Below are positions 53,469 through 63,114 of a stretch of DNA of 64,000 bases, piece by piece; positions within the stretch are counted from its first letter, which is position 1, and each line of letters begins with the position of its first letter. The position numbers were made by a program, and so were the translations under genes. The DNA comes from Myxococcota bacterium (lineage in GTDB: Bacteria > Myxococcota_A > UBA9160 > SZUA-336). The notes beneath the pieces were generated by a model. That model saw only the letters and a list, made by a program, of their open reading frames with translations, was not told the DNA's origin and did not search any database. The stretch spans positions 1,120,001 through 1,184,000 of the forward strand of contig CBDFGR010000002.1 of NCBI GenBank assembly GCA_965247115.1. Reading direction: 5' to 3'.

Positions 53469-54493
53469 TGGACGGTCCCGTTCTCATCTCCGGAGCCAGC
53501 GGCTTTCTCGGCCGGCACTTGCTCGAGACGTACCAGGCGGGGGACGTGGGGACGTCAGTCCTCGCGCTGGTCCGCGATACCGAGGCGTGGCAACGGGAGG
53601 ACTGGACCGGAGCGCTCGGGGAGGTCGAGTGCATCGAGGGCTCCGTGACCGAGCCGGAGCGCTGGCTGGACGACGAGCGCTTGAAGGGGCTCTCGGGCAT
53701 CTATCACCTCGCGGCGGTGGTCAAGCACAGCCGCTGGCAGAGCGGCGACGTCTACGAGACCAACGTCGACGGAACTCTGAACATGGTACGCCTGGCAGCA
53801 GCCCAGGGCTGTCGCCTGGTGTTCCTGTCGACATCGGGCACCGTAGGCTGCTTTCGTTCTCCAGAGGAGTGTGCAGACGAGCGTTCCCCTCACTGCGAGT
53901 CCGAGGTGTCCTCGTGGCCGTATTACCACTCGAAGCTCGTCGCGGAGCGTCGGGCGCGCGGACTCGCAGAGGAGCTCGGCGTCGAGCTCGTGATTCTGCG
54001 ACCACCCGTCCTGCTCGGACCGAAAGACCACCGCCTGCGCTCGTCGTCGAACGTGCTGCGCTTCTTGCAGGGCAGGCTCCCGTTTCTGATCCGCGGCGGG
54101 ATTCATTTCGCCGACGTCCGAGACGTAGCCCGCGCCGTCCAAAACGCCATGACGTGTGCGCGCCCGCGCCCCGTCTATCATCTATGCGGAACGGCTTGCA
54201 GCATCGAGTCCTTCTTCGCGCAGCTAGAAGAGATCGCCGGCGCCCCGGCACCGCACATCGTCCTGCCCTTCCGCCCGGCCTGGTTGCTCGCGTCGGCAAC
54301 GCAGCGCCTCGGCGTGCTGCTGCGGGGAGAGCCCCTGACACTCTTGCCAGATCCCGTCGTGGTGGAGATGGCGTCGCGCTACTGGGACACGCGCTCCCTC
54401 TACGCGGCAAAAGACCTGGCCTACAGCTCGCGAGACGCGCGGGAGACCCTCGCCGACACGGTGAGCTGGCTGCGGGAGGCGGGAGCCGCCTAG
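53468..54493 (+). CDS. NAD-dependent epimerase/dehydratase-type extended SDR
   Basis: SGASGFLG, HLAA, YYHSK; start overlaps the FARAT stop. Confidence 0.88.
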   Translation: MDGPVLISGASGFLGRHLLETYQAGDVGTSVLALVRDTEAWQREDWTGALGEVECIEGSVTEPERWLDDERLKGLSGIYHLAAVVKHSRWQSGDVYETNVDGTLNMVRLAAAQGCRLVFLSTSGTVGCFRSPEECADERSPHCESEVSSWPYYHSKLVAERRARGLAEELGVELVILRPPVLLGPKDHRLRSSSNVLRFLQGRLPFLIRGGIHFADVRDVARAVQNAMTCARPRPVYHLCGTACSIESFFAQLEEIAGAPAPHIVLPFRPAWLLASATQRLGVLLRGEPLTLLPDPVVVEMASRYWDTRSLYAAKDLAYSSRDARETLADTVSWLREAGAA

Positions 54494-54494
54494 C

Positions 54495-55298
54495 TCAGTC
54501 GCCGGGTATGAGCGCGATCGCGCGCAGGGGACCGCCGCTGCCGCCGCGGATCTTCATGGGTAACGCCACGACGATGAAGCCCCCGCTGGGCAGCTCTTGC
54601 AGCCCAGCGAGATTCTCGAAGATCGGAACGTCGCTCGCGGACAGGATCTGATGGCTTTCGAAGCGGCTGGACTGCCCCGCGTCAATGCTCGCGGTGTCCA
54701 GCCCAATCGCCTTGATCGCGCGCTTCTGCGTGAGCCAGCGCGCCGCAGCGGGATCGAGGCCAGGAAAGTGGAGCAGCGGCACCGCTTCGGGCCCGCCGGC
54801 AGCGGTGCCGAGGTAGCGTAGGCGGTTCCCCCAATGCTCTCCGTACCCCGTTCGAAGCAGCACGATCGACCCATCGGCGATCCTCCCGTGGACCGCCTCC
54901 CATGCCTGCAGATCCGAGACCGCGATCCGATAGTCGGGATCGGCCGCGCACGGCGCGGACATGTCGACCACGATGCCGTCACCGATCAGGCGCTCGAGCG
55001 GAATCTCGTCGACCGAGGTGTGACCCTCGGCGAAGTGGATCGGGGCATCGAGATGCGTCCCGCCGTGCTCCGCCGCCCGGAAGCGGTTCGCGGAGTAGTA
55101 GTAGCCCTGCTCGGTCAGACCAGCCGCAACTACCTCGAGCACGAAGCCCTCGGTGTCGGTCGGCCAGAAGATCGTGTCGGCATCGTAGGCGTGGCTCAGG
55201 TCCACGATCGTTGCGCTCGTTAGGTCGCCGCGCGGCTCACACGCGGCAATCGACGCGCACACGAGAAGCAGCGCACCGGTTCGCAAGGACAGGCGCAT
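54495..55298 (-). CDS. Cyclase family (kynurenine formamidase-like) lipoprotein
   Basis: IAAC lipobox; EHGGTHLDAP.H, GLDTAS, ENL, GGPLRA. Confidence 0.9.
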   Translation of the reverse strand: MRLSLRTGALLLVCASIAACEPRGDLTSATIVDLSHAYDADTIFWPTDTEGFVLEVVAAGLTEQGYYYSANRFRAAEHGGTHLDAPIHFAEGHTSVDEIPLERLIGDGIVVDMSAPCAADPDYRIAVSDLQAWEAVHGRIADGSIVLLRTGYGEHWGNRLRYLGTAAGGPEAVPLLHFPGLDPAAARWLTQKRAIKAIGLDTASIDAGQSSRFESHQILSASDVPIFENLAGLQELPSGGFIVVALPMKIRGGSGGPLRAIALIPGD

Positions 55299-55477
55299 GG
55301 GATCTCCTTACAGGTCGGAATCCCGCCAGGCTATCAGAGCGGCCGCCAACCCGGCCCGATCACGGCATGATACGGTTGGGCGTTGCGGCCCAAGCGGACT
55401 TCCGGACCATCATCGTCCGAATACTCGGTGTTTCGTTAGGCTCCACCTCGACGAGAGCTGGAGAAGGAGACCATCGC

Positions 55478-56554
55478 ATGCTCGACCGCTTCCGTGTTCC
55501 CGACGAGATCGCCGTTCGTGTCGACGCGGACGACATGCGCGCGACGGTCGAGCGGATGTTCGAGAGCCTGGGTTCGCCGCCGGACGACGCGGTACGCTGC
55601 GCGAATGCGCTGCTCTACGCCGATCTGCGTGGCATCGACTCTCACGGCGTGAGCAACATGATGCCCATCTACGTGACGGGCGTGAAGGAGGGCTGGATCA
55701 ATCTCGCCCCTACCTGGAGGGTCGTTCGGGACGCTCCCGCGGTGGCGACGATCGACAGCGACAAGGGCCTCGGACTCACCGTGGGGCCGCAGGCCATGGA
55801 GCTGGCCATGGACAAGGCCGAGGCCTGCGGTGTCGGCGCGGTCGCGGTCACGAACGGCCAGCACCTGGGCGCGGCCGCGTACCACGCGCACATGGCGCTC
55901 GAGCGCGACATGATCGGCGTCGCCATGACCGTGGGGGGGCTCCAGGTCGCCCCGACCTTCGGGGCCAGGGCCATGGTCGGCCTCAACCCGATCGCCATCG
56001 CCGCTCCCGCGCGCAACGAGGCCCCGTTTCTCTTCGACGCCTCCATGAGCTCTGTCGCGGGGAACAAGATCCGGATCGCACGGCGCCTGGGGGCTCCGGT
56101 GGCGCCCGGCTGGATCGCGGAGGCAGACGGAACGCCAATCATGGAAGAGGTCCCGGTTCCCGAGGAGTTCCTGATGCTACCGCTCGGGGGGACGCGCGAG
56201 ATCGGGTCGCACAAGGGCTACAGCCTGGCTGTGGTCGTCGACATCCTCTCGGGGCTGCTCTCGGGCACAGGCCCGGGCTTCTTGCATCAGCAGGGCCACT
56301 CCCACCACTTCCTCGCGTATCGGATCGACGCGTTCACGGAGCTCGACTCCTTCAAGAACGACATGGACGTCTTCATGAAAGCTCTGCGCGAGACCCCGCC
56401 CGCGCCGGGGCACGAGCGCGTGGTCTACGCCGGCCTCCAGGCGCACGAAGCGGAGCTGGAACGCAGAGCGCAGGGCATCCCCTATCATCCGGAGGTTGTC
56501 GAGTGGTTCAAGAAGACGGCGGCAGAGCTGGGTGTTCGCCACGAGCTCGGCTGA
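55478..56554 (+). CDS. Ldh_2 family (type 2 malate/L-lactate dehydrogenase-like) oxidoreductase
   Basis: ADLRGIDSHG, GLNPIA, GSHKGYSL. Confidence 0.9.
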   Translation: MLDRFRVPDEIAVRVDADDMRATVERMFESLGSPPDDAVRCANALLYADLRGIDSHGVSNMMPIYVTGVKEGWINLAPTWRVVRDAPAVATIDSDKGLGLTVGPQAMELAMDKAEACGVGAVAVTNGQHLGAAAYHAHMALERDMIGVAMTVGGLQVAPTFGARAMVGLNPIAIAAPARNEAPFLFDASMSSVAGNKIRIARRLGAPVAPGWIAEADGTPIMEEVPVPEEFLMLPLGGTREIGSHKGYSLAVVVDILSGLLSGTGPGFLHQQGHSHHFLAYRIDAFTELDSFKNDMDVFMKALRETPPAPGHERVVYAGLQAHEAELERRAQGIPYHPEVVEWFKKTAAELGVRHELG

Positions 56555-56562
56555 GGAGAAGG

Positions 56563-57552
56563 ATGTCCCGAGCTGCGTCCCCGTTCCCAAAGGTCTGCAT
56601 CGCGTTGCCCCTGGCTGATCACCTGAACGAGAAGATCGATTCTCTCTGCAAGGCGAGTCGGATCGAGATACGCGCGCCTCGGGGCGAGCTCCTCGCCAAG
56701 CTGTCCGATGTGGAAGGCGTGCTCCTCAGCAACGGCGTCCGCGTCGACGCCGAGTTCTTCGACGCAGCTCCCGCTCTACGCGTGGTGGCCGGCGTTGGCG
56801 TCGGCTACAACAACTTCGACATCGCAGAGGGCACGAAGCGGGGCGTGGCCGTCTGCAACACACCCGACGTGCTCACGCCAGCTGTCGCCGACCTCACCGT
56901 CGGTCTCATCCTCTCGCTCTCGAAGCGCCTCTTCGAGAACGAAGCCCACGCCCGCAGCGGCGCATGGGCCGCACGCAAGCCGCTCCCACCGCTGGGCTTC
57001 GACGTCAAGGGCAAGACCCTGGGCATCGTCGGGTTTGGCCGCATCGGGACCGAGGTCACGCGTCGCATGAAGGTGTTCGGCATGCGGACCATCTGGAACG
57101 ACGTGTTCACAGAGTCGCCCGCGGGTGCACCGGAGAGCAGCTACCGGCCGCTCGACGACCTGCTGCGCGAGGCGGACATCGTCTCGCTGCACACGGACCT
57201 CAACGCGACCTCTCACCACCTGATCGGCGAGCGCGAGCTCGGGCTGATGAAGCCAAGCGCCTACCTGATCAATACGTCTCGCGGACCCGTGGTCGACCAG
57301 CCAGCGCTCACGGCGGCGCTGAGCAGCTCCGCCATCGCGGGCGCGGCCCTCGACGTGCTCGAGAAGGAGCCGCCGGATGCGCAGGAACCGATCGTGACGC
57401 TGCCCAACGTTCTCACGTTCCCACACATCGGGACCGCGACGACCGAGACGCGCCACGCAATGGCGGAGCTCGCCGTGGAGAATCTGCTCGCGGTCGTGCG
57501 CGGGGAAACCCCGCGGGCGTGTATCAATCCCGAGGTGCTCGAGAAGCGATAG
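56563..57552 (+). CDS. D-2-hydroxyacid dehydrogenase (glyoxylate/hydroxypyruvate reductase-like)
   Basis: NTPDVLT, GFGRIG, INTSRG, DV..EP, PHIG. Confidence 0.92.
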   Translation: MSRAASPFPKVCIALPLADHLNEKIDSLCKASRIEIRAPRGELLAKLSDVEGVLLSNGVRVDAEFFDAAPALRVVAGVGVGYNNFDIAEGTKRGVAVCNTPDVLTPAVADLTVGLILSLSKRLFENEAHARSGAWAARKPLPPLGFDVKGKTLGIVGFGRIGTEVTRRMKVFGMRTIWNDVFTESPAGAPESSYRPLDDLLREADIVSLHTDLNATSHHLIGERELGLMKPSAYLINTSRGPVVDQPALTAALSSSAIAGAALDVLEKEPPDAQEPIVTLPNVLTFPHIGTATTETRHAMAELAVENLLAVVRGETPRACINPEVLEKR

Positions 57553-57561
57553 GTCCGGGGG

Positions 57562-58656
57562 CTACGCTCCCGCGATGAAACGCTCCGTGGCCTGGCACGC
57601 CTCGTCGTCGGTGGCCTGGTTGGGCGGATGCTTCATGAAGTACGACGATGGACCGTGCACGACCCCGCCCTGCCCTCGCTCTAGCGCAAGCTTGCAGCAG
57701 CGGATGGCGTCGACAGCCACTCCTGCCGAGTTCGGCGAGTCCTCGACCGAGAGCCTGAGCTCCAGGTTCATGGGCACGTCACCGAACAGCTTGCCCTCCA
57801 TACGCAGGAAGCAGACCTTGTTGTCGTTCTGCCAGGCCACGTAGTCGCTCGGACCCACGTGGATGTGCCGGTTGTCGATCCGTTCTGCCGCGACGGACTG
57901 CACCGCCTCGGTCTTGGAGATCTTCTTCGAGACCAGCCGGCGATGGTTCAGCATGTTCAGGAAGTCGGTGTTCCCGCCCGTGTTGAGCTGATAGGTGTTC
58001 TCGAGCTTCACGCCTCGCTTGGCGAACAGGTCGGTGAGCGTACGGTGCACGATCGTCGCGCCGAGCTGCGCCTTGATGTCATCGCCGATGATCGGGAGGT
58101 TCATCTGTTCGAAACGGCGCGCCCACTCGGGATCGCTCGCAATGAAGACGGGCATGCAGTTGACGAGCGCGACTCCCGCCTCGAGGGCGCACTCCGCGTA
58201 GAAGCGGGCGGCCCTCTCCGAACCGACGGGCAGGTAGTTCAGCAGGACCTCCGCCCGCGAGTCCCTGAGCACATGGACGACTTCGAGCTTGTCGGCCTCC
58301 ATCGCGTCCGAAAGGAGGAAGGTCCGCTCGTCCGGGTACGAGCCCATGTGCTCCGAGTAGCCGTCGAGGATCCTCCCCATCCGCACCGGAACGCCCGCCT
58401 TGGGGACGTCGGAACAGAACACGGTCGTGCAGTTGGGCTCCGCGAAGATCGCCTCGGCCACGTCTCTTCCGACCTTGCGCCGATCGATATCGAAGGCCGC
58501 AACGACATCGATGTCGCTCGGGCCATAGCCGCCGATCCATGGATGCATCAGCCCGACGGCGGCTCCTGGATCCGTGTTCTTGTAGGACTCGATTCCCTGA
58601 ACGAGCGAGCTGGCGCAGTTCCCGATCCCGACCAGAGCGATTCTGATCTTGTTCAT
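57562..58656 (-). CDS. ino1: myo-Inositol-1-phosphate synthase
   Basis: GIGNCASS, NYLPVGS, GDDIK, YQLNTGGNTDF, SKTEAV, DSPNSAG. Confidence 0.95.
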   Translation of the reverse strand: MNKIRIALVGIGNCASSLVQGIESYKNTDPGAAVGLMHPWIGGYGPSDIDVVAAFDIDRRKVGRDVAEAIFAEPNCTTVFCSDVPKAGVPVRMGRILDGYSEHMGSYPDERTFLLSDAMEADKLEVVHVLRDSRAEVLLNYLPVGSERAARFYAECALEAGVALVNCMPVFIASDPEWARRFEQMNLPIIGDDIKAQLGATIVHRTLTDLFAKRGVKLENTYQLNTGGNTDFLNMLNHRRLVSKKISKTEAVQSVAAERIDNRHIHVGPSDYVAWQNDNKVCFLRMEGKLFGDVPMNLELRLSVEDSPNSAGVAVDAIRCCKLALERGQGGVVHGPSSYFMKHPPNQATDDEACQATERFIAGA

Positions 58657-58809
58657 TTCCGTTTCATGGTGAGAGAGCAATCAGACGCAGCGGGACCTGC
58701 CAACCATCCGGATTAGCTCTCGAACACTCTCATCCGACAGGCCTTCCCGTCAACCCCGGGAGGGCGCGGGCTTGCACTGCCACTGGAATCTATAAGGACG
58801 AACGACGGA

Positions 58810-59637
58810 TCAGGGCTGCGGGACGGGGATCCCCAGTGCAAGCGCCAGCTCGCGCAGCTTGGTCTGGACCATGCGCACATTTCTGGGGCCCATGCGCAGG
58901 AAGTGGCGCTGGGCCGCGTCGAGTCCCTCCAGCTCGGGGTCGCTCCACTCGTAGGTCACGACCCCCCGACTCACGGGGACTCTGCCCCGGACGACCGGGA
59001 CTTCCAGCAAGCGCTCGACCGCCAGCGCGAGAGCCCCGTCGAAGTCGTCGTCGTAGCCGAGATCCCGATATGCCTCCACGATGAGCGGATGCACAGTCCT
59101 GTACAGCTGCACGGTCCCGCGCTCGTCGAGCGATGCAAAGACGTCCGCCTGCAGATCGTACCGAGAGTAGCTCTGCGGAGCAACGTAGAGCCCGGCCTCC
59201 GTCTCCCCAACCGCGAAACGCTCGTCCGGAGCCAGAAAGTCGAGGTGGGCGGAGGGGCTTTCTCCCAGGGAGATGTTGGCAACGACCGCCGCGAACCTGC
59301 GGATCAGCTCATCCGTCACGAGCCAGCGCGAGAGCTGCGGGTTGGCCGAGATGCCGCTCACGAGGCCCCGTACGAAGGGATCACTCTCGGCGATGGGCGG
59401 CAGCGGCACCTCAGGGGCTGGCAGCCGCTCGGGCGGGGCTGCGCTCACCAGCGGCGGCGTCGGGTCCCGTGGAACGGCAGCGCTCGGAGCGGGCGACGGA
59501 ACCGGGGCGGGGCGCCACGCATAGAGGTAGACGAAGACGGCTGCCACGAGAACCGCGGCTGCGAGGGCCACCGCTCCAACCCACCGGCGCAGTACCGGTC
59601 GCCTCGTAGAGCCGCGGTTCTGCATACAAAGAACCAT
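58810..59637 (-). CDS. DUF3014-like membrane-anchored protein
   Basis: N-terminal TM, Pro-rich linker, ESDPFV, SYSRYD, AY..LGY, LRMGP.N. Confidence 0.82.
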   Translation of the reverse strand: MVLCMQNRGSTRRPVLRRWVGAVALAAAVLVAAVFVYLYAWRPAPVPSPAPSAAVPRDPTPPLVSAAPPERLPAPEVPLPPIAESDPFVRGLVSGISANPQLSRWLVTDELIRRFAAVVANISLGESPSAHLDFLAPDERFAVGETEAGLYVAPQSYSRYDLQADVFASLDERGTVQLYRTVHPLIVEAYRDLGYDDDFDGALALAVERLLEVPVVRGRVPVSRGVVTYEWSDPELEGLDAAQRHFLRMGPRNVRMVQTKLRELALALGIPVPQP

Positions 59638-59724
59638 AGCATGGACCGCTGCCAGGAAAGAGGCGGCTTTTCGCGTTCCTGCCGATGCCGTAGGCTGTCA
59701 CGCTCATACAAGGAGTGCTGCGTC

Positions 59725-60027
59725 GTGTACATCGCGATGAATCGGTTCCGCATCCACGCCGGTCATGAGGACGACTTCGAGAAGATCTGGTCGGAGCGGG
59801 ATTCCTACCTGGACGAGGTGCCCGGCTTCCGTACGTTCCAGCTGCTGCGCGGTGAGACGGTGGACGAGATCACGACCTACGTCTCGCACTCCGTCTGGGA
59901 GTCCCGCGAGAGCTTCCAGGACTGGACTCGCTCCGAGTCCTTCCGGAAGTCGCACGCCCGCGCTCAGTCCCCAGCGGGCACACTCGAAGGCCACCCGAAG
60001 TTCGAGGGCTACGAGACCGTCATCTGA
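59725..60027 (+). CDS. Antibiotic biosynthesis monooxygenase (IsdG/HmoA-like heme-degrading family)
   Basis: YIAMNRF, VPGF, W.S.ESF.DWT.SE.F...H; AAGGAG RBS. Confidence 0.87.
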   Translation: MYIAMNRFRIHAGHEDDFEKIWSERDSYLDEVPGFRTFQLLRGETVDEITTYVSHSVWESRESFQDWTRSESFRKSHARAQSPAGTLEGHPKFEGYETVI

Positions 60028-60043
60028 CAGGGAGGGATCAGCC

Positions 60044-60682
60044 ATCAAAGGCATCATCTGCATCTCGCACGCCACTGGAGCAGGAGGAGAGAGCATCGGA
60101 CGCGCCGTCTCCGCACGCCTTCACTATCGCTACGTCGACGAGGAGATCGTCGTGACGGCGGCCGCGAGGGAGAACCTGGATCCGAAAGTGATCCAGGACG
60201 TGGAGAGTCGCCAGTCCTTCATGAGTCGCCTGCTCGATTCGCTGGAGCGCGGCGCGGCCCTCGACGCGCTGGATCCCGAGGGTCTGCCCCACCCCGACGT
60301 CGTGGAGGCCGCGCTCGAGCTGAGCAAGCAGGACCATCGCGCCCTGATCCGGGAGGTCATCGCGGAGACGGCGGATCAGGGCGAGGTGGTCATCGTCGCC
60401 CACGCCGCGTCGATGGCCCTCGCGGGTCGCGACTCGGTCCTGCGCGTCCTCGTGACCGCGTCAACCGAAACGAGGGCCGGGCGCCTCGCGAAGGCGGGAC
60501 GCTTGAGTGACGCCGACGCCGCCAAGCTGGTGCGGGAGACGGACCGGGCGCGTGTCGACTACTTCAAGCGCTTCTACAAGATCAGCCACGAGGAGCCCAC
60601 GCACTACGATCTGGTCATCAATACCGACGTGCTCACCGTCGACCAGACGGTGAGTATCATCGCCAGCGCGGCCGAGGACTGA
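60044..60682 (+). CDS. Cytidylate kinase-like family protein (probable ATC start)
   Basis: IICISHATGAGG, YDLVINTD; GGAGG at 60031-60035, 8 nt before ATC. Confidence 0.83.
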   Translation: MKGIICISHATGAGGESIGRAVSARLHYRYVDEEIVVTAAARENLDPKVIQDVESRQSFMSRLLDSLERGAALDALDPEGLPHPDVVEAALELSKQDHRALIREVIAETADQGEVVIVAHAASMALAGRDSVLRVLVTASTETRAGRLAKAGRLSDADAAKLVRETDRARVDYFKRFYKISHEEPTHYDLVINTDVLTVDQTVSIIASAAED

Positions 60683-60690
60683 GATAGGGA

Positions 60691-61497
60691 TCACGTACCG
60701 CGCGCCGGACCCGCAACGGTCACGCCACCGTCGACCACGAGCACCTGGCCCGTGATGTAGCGGGCACGGGCCGACGCCAGGAAGCAGACGGCGTTGCCGA
60801 TGTCCCAGCCCGTTCCCTCAATACCGAGCAGGGACGCCTTGCGCCGACGCTCCCGCGCCTCGTCGCTCATGCCTCCGGCTGTGACCATGGGCGTGTAGAC
60901 GGGACCCGGCGCAACGCAGTTCACGCGAATGCCGGCGGGAGCATGATCCACGGCCATCGCACGCGTGAGTGCGATCACTGCCCCCTTCGAGGTCGAGTAC
61001 GCCGTGAGCCCGCGGGGTCGCAAGGCCGAGATCGAGGAAACGTTCACGATCGCGCCGCCGTCGTCACCCGAGCTCATCGCCGGCACCGCGTGCTTGGAAG
61101 CCAAGAACATGGTGGCCACGTTGATGCGCATGACGCGGTCCCAGCGCTCCTGCGTTTCTTCGACCACGCTGCCCCGACTCCCGATCCCTACGTTGTTGTC
61201 CAGCACGTCGAGGCGACCCCAGCGCTCGAGGGCAGTGCGCACCATGGCCGCACAGCCCTCATCGGTCGCTACATCAACCTCGAGCGCCGCCGCCGCCGCG
61301 CCGTCGTGCTCCTCGATCATGGCGACCGTGCGTTCGGCGGCTTTTCCTTCGCGATCGACCACGAGAACGTGCGCGCCCGCGCGCGCAAGCAGGATCGCAG
61401 CAGCGCGGCCGTTTCCGATCCCATCGCCCCGCGCCCCTCCACCCGTGACGATCGCGACCTTGCCCGCAAGACCCTGCTCGTCCGGTGGGCTCGCCAT
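60691..61497 (-). CDS. Short-chain dehydrogenase/reductase
   Basis: TGGG..GIGNG, NNVG, YSTSK, VNCVAPG. Confidence 0.92.
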   Translation of the reverse strand: MASPPDEQGLAGKVAIVTGGGARGDGIGNGRAAAILLARAGAHVLVVDREGKAAERTVAMIEEHDGAAAAALEVDVATDEGCAAMVRTALERWGRLDVLDNNVGIGSRGSVVEETQERWDRVMRINVATMFLASKHAVPAMSSGDDGGAIVNVSSISALRPRGLTAYSTSKGAVIALTRAMAVDHAPAGIRVNCVAPGPVYTPMVTAGGMSDEARERRRKASLLGIEGTGWDIGNAVCFLASARARYITGQVLVVDGGVTVAGPARGT

Positions 61498-61506
61498 TCC
61501 GGCGTC

Positions 61507-62349
61507 CTACGGCAGCCCGGCGCCGGGCACGTCGACGCGGGTGTACTCGATGCGTCCTGCCCGCGCCTCGGCGGCGGCCGGGCCGGACGTGGCGTTCGTG
61601 CAGACGAACAGCGTACGTCGGTCCTCGCCGCCGAGCATGCAGGCGTACGCGCCGAGCTCTCCCGACGAGATGCGTTGTACGACCTCTCCTCCCTCGAGCA
61701 CGCGGAGGATCTCGTTGTTCCGCGGATCTGCGGACCACACCGCTCCCTCCGCATCGAGACAGATTCCGTCGGGCACGTTCTGCCCGAGGTCCGCAAAGAC
61801 GCGTCGCCGTGACAGGCTGCCGTCGGGGGCGCGATCCCAGGCGGTGAGCCGTGCCGCTCGCGTCTCGCCGACGATGAGCGTCCGTCCGTCCGGAGTGATG
61901 ACGCAGCCGTTGGGAAACCAGAGCTCTTCGTCCGCGACGGTCACGCGGCCGTCCGGATCGACCCGTGCGAGTACGGCCGTCCGGGGCTCTTCGCCCTGAT
62001 GGCGATCGAAGCCGAAGTTGCCGACGTACGCCCGCCCCTCCGCGTCGACGACCATGTCGTTGCAGGGCCCAGTCGCCAGCGACGAGAGGTCTGCCACCTC
62101 GACCAGGCCGGCCTCATCAAGGCGCAGCAGCCGGCGGTCCAGCATCGAGACCACCAGCAGCCTGCCGTCAGGGAGCCAGCCAAGACCCGATGGCTGCCCG
62201 GGCACCTCGACGATGCTCTCGCGCCTTCCCTCCAGATCGACGGCCACCACTTCGTGCGCGTAGAAGTCCGAGAACCAGAGGCGTCCGTCGCGCCAGCGTG
62301 GTCCCTCGGGAAACGTGAGTCCGTCGAGGAGCAGCGTCAGCTCGGCCAT
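61507..62349 (-). CDS. SMP-30/gluconolactonase/LRE family protein
   Basis: FPEGPRW, NDMVVD, FPNG, PDGICLD. Confidence 0.92.
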   Translation of the reverse strand: MAELTLLLDGLTFPEGPRWRDGRLWFSDFYAHEVVAVDLEGRRESIVEVPGQPSGLGWLPDGRLLVVSMLDRRLLRLDEAGLVEVADLSSLATGPCNDMVVDAEGRAYVGNFGFDRHQGEEPRTAVLARVDPDGRVTVADEELWFPNGCVITPDGRTLIVGETRAARLTAWDRAPDGSLSRRRVFADLGQNVPDGICLDAEGAVWSADPRNNEILRVLEGGEVVQRISSGELGAYACMLGGEDRRTLFVCTNATSGPAAAEARAGRIEYTRVDVPGAGLP

Positions 62350-62406
62350 TGCGCGCAGCACTCTACCTCACCTGACGCTCGCGGCGCTCGACGAGGGTGT
62401 TTGCAG

Positions 62407-63063
62407 CTAGCGCTGGACCGGGGCGTTGGCTGCGCTTGCGGACGCGTAGGCCGTGCGGGACGTCGCCCGCTCCAGGTAGGCCTCGAGGGACTCGGAGAGG
62501 GAGAGCTTGTAGAACCGCGCCCATGCGAGGCACGTCGCGAGCAGCATGTCCGCGCCCGTGAAGTGCCCGCCCAGCAGGAACTGTCGGCCGTCAGCCAGGG
62601 TGATCTCCGCGGCACGCACCTGCTTCTGGAAGCCCTCCTCCGCTGCCTTAATCGCGTTGGGCGCCTCCCCGTACAGGTTCGCAAGGTCGTTGTGCTTGCG
62701 CATGACGTAGAGGGTGTGCGCGTCCAGCTCGGTCATGATGAAGAAGCACCACTGGTAGTACATGGCCCGCTCGGGCGTGCGCGGCGCCGGAATCAGCTCC
62801 GTACCCTCGCCGTAGCTCTCCGCCAGGTAGGAGATGATCGCCGCGCTCTCCACGAGCGTGAGCGAGCCGTCCTGCAAGACAGGGATCTTCTGCCTCGGGT
62901 TCAGCCTGGTGAACTCGGGGGTCAGCGTCTCCCCCGTGCGTGAGCCGATCGGCCGCGACTCATAGTCGAGACCGAGCTCGTGCAACATCCAGTGAGCTCG
63001 CAGCGTGCGCGAGGTCCCGTTTCCCCACAGAATCCGCGCTTCGCCCCCGATCTGCTCGACCAT
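62407..63063 (-). CDS. Glutathione S-transferase family
   Basis: SRTLR..WML.ELG, NPRQKIPVL, ESAAI, FTGAD. Start could be 63099. Confidence 0.9.
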   Translation of the reverse strand: MVEQIGGEARILWGNGTSRTLRAHWMLHELGLDYESRPIGSRTGETLTPEFTRLNPRQKIPVLQDGSLTLVESAAIISYLAESYGEGTELIPAPRTPERAMYYQWCFFIMTELDAHTLYVMRKHNDLANLYGEAPNAIKAAEEGFQKQVRAAEITLADGRQFLLGGHFTGADMLLATCLAWARFYKLSLSESLEAYLERATSRTAYASASAANAPVQR

Positions 63064-63114
63064 GGCATCCTCGCTGGTCAAGGGCGGTTCGACGCCCACT
63101 CCTATGGTAAACGA

